From contig CAWCNS010000006.1 in the NCBI GenBank assembly GCA_963796965.1, forward strand, positions 1 to 64,000: DNA of 64,000 bases, in the 5' to 3' direction. Under the pieces are notes generated by a model, which had not been told where the DNA came from, searched no databases, and worked only from the letters and a program-made list of their open reading frames with translations. Numbering within the stretch: position 1 is the first letter of the stretch; each line of letters opens with the position of its first letter. Both the position numbers and the translations under genes were made by a program. This document shows positions 63,391 through 64,000 of this stretch, in pieces. This DNA comes from Calditrichia bacterium (lineage in GTDB: Bacteria; Calditrichota; Calditrichia; JAJRVZ01).

Positions 63391-64000
63391 TTATATGTCG
63401 ATTTCGATTCCCAGCGGACAGTGATCAGACCCCTTAACTTCTGGTAGGATAAACGCATTTTTTAAACTTGGTAAAAATTCTTTGTTGATAAAAAAATAGT
63501 CGATCCGCCATCCAACGTTTTTATCCCGTGCACTAAATCGATAACTCCACCACGTATACTTTTCAGATTCTTTATCAAACTCTCTGAAAGTATCGATATA
63601 ACCATGTTCAATAAATTTGTCAATCCACGCTCTTTCTTCTGGAAGAAACCCCGTTGTTTTCTGATTTGCTTTCGGATTTTTGAGATCGATTTCTTTATGG
63701 GCCGTATTATAGTCCCCACAAATTATCAGGTTTTTCCCTTCTGCCTTCAAAGTTTCACAACGGTCAAGTACCAGGTCACAGAATTCCAATTTATAATCTA
63801 CACGACTTAGATCGCGCCGTCCATTTGGAAAATAGATATTGAAAAGAGTAAAGTTTTCATATTCGGACTCTATGACACGTCCCTCATCATCGAATTTATC
63901 ATTCCCGATTCCATTTTTAACTGAAAGGGGGCTTTTTTTTGAAAAAGTTACCACACCACTATAACCTTTTTTCTGAGCAGGATTCCAATGACTAAGATAA
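63391..64000 (-). CDS. xth: Exodeoxyribonuclease III (5' part outside window)
   Basis: KKGYSGV, NIYFPNG, CGDYNTAH, YTWWSYR, GWRIDYF, GSDHCP. Confidence 0.95.
   Translation of the reverse strand, partial: YLSHWNPAQKKGYSGVVTFSKKSPLSVKNGIGNDKFDDEGRVIESEYENFTLFNIYFPNGRRDLSRVDYKLEFCDLVLDRCETLKAEGKNLIICGDYNTAHKEIDLKNPKANQKTTGFLPEERAWIDKFIEHGYIDTFREFDKESEKYTWWSYRFSARDKNVGWRIDYFFINKEFLPSLKNAFILPEVKGSDHCPLGIEIDI

Overview
AT-rich bacterial chromosomal segment. The gene content (NYPNPFNP-type C-terminal secretion domains, GWxTD protein, Bacteroidota-type omega subunit, DUF494, TatT-TRAP) suggests an FCB-related lineage such as Calditrichota; this is inference. Bases 1-7304 are an accessory island downstream of a minus-strand tRNA-Phe(GAA) at 7298-7373. 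The island is cut into 1.5-2.3 kb modules of 1-2 genes by a ~135-bp direct repeat: three clear copies with an invariant 30-bp head and one degenerate copy. Each clear copy carries the tRNA terminator and a version of the last bases of the tRNA, and no integrase is visible. This cassette-like array is the best candidate for an undescribed system. A second candidate is a four-helix-bundle gene enclosed by inverted heptamer-periodic arms, with apparently empty heptamer-arm elements nearby. The rest is mostly core genes: hprK/PTS, hpf, xerC, topA, pepT, an ECF sigma operon, prc, TatT-TRAP, nfeD/SPFH, a K+ channel operon, valS, rarA, rpoZ, a kamA-like gene, glgP, an msbA-like ABC gene and xth. Many genes, including topA, carry 1-bp indels that most likely are assembly errors.
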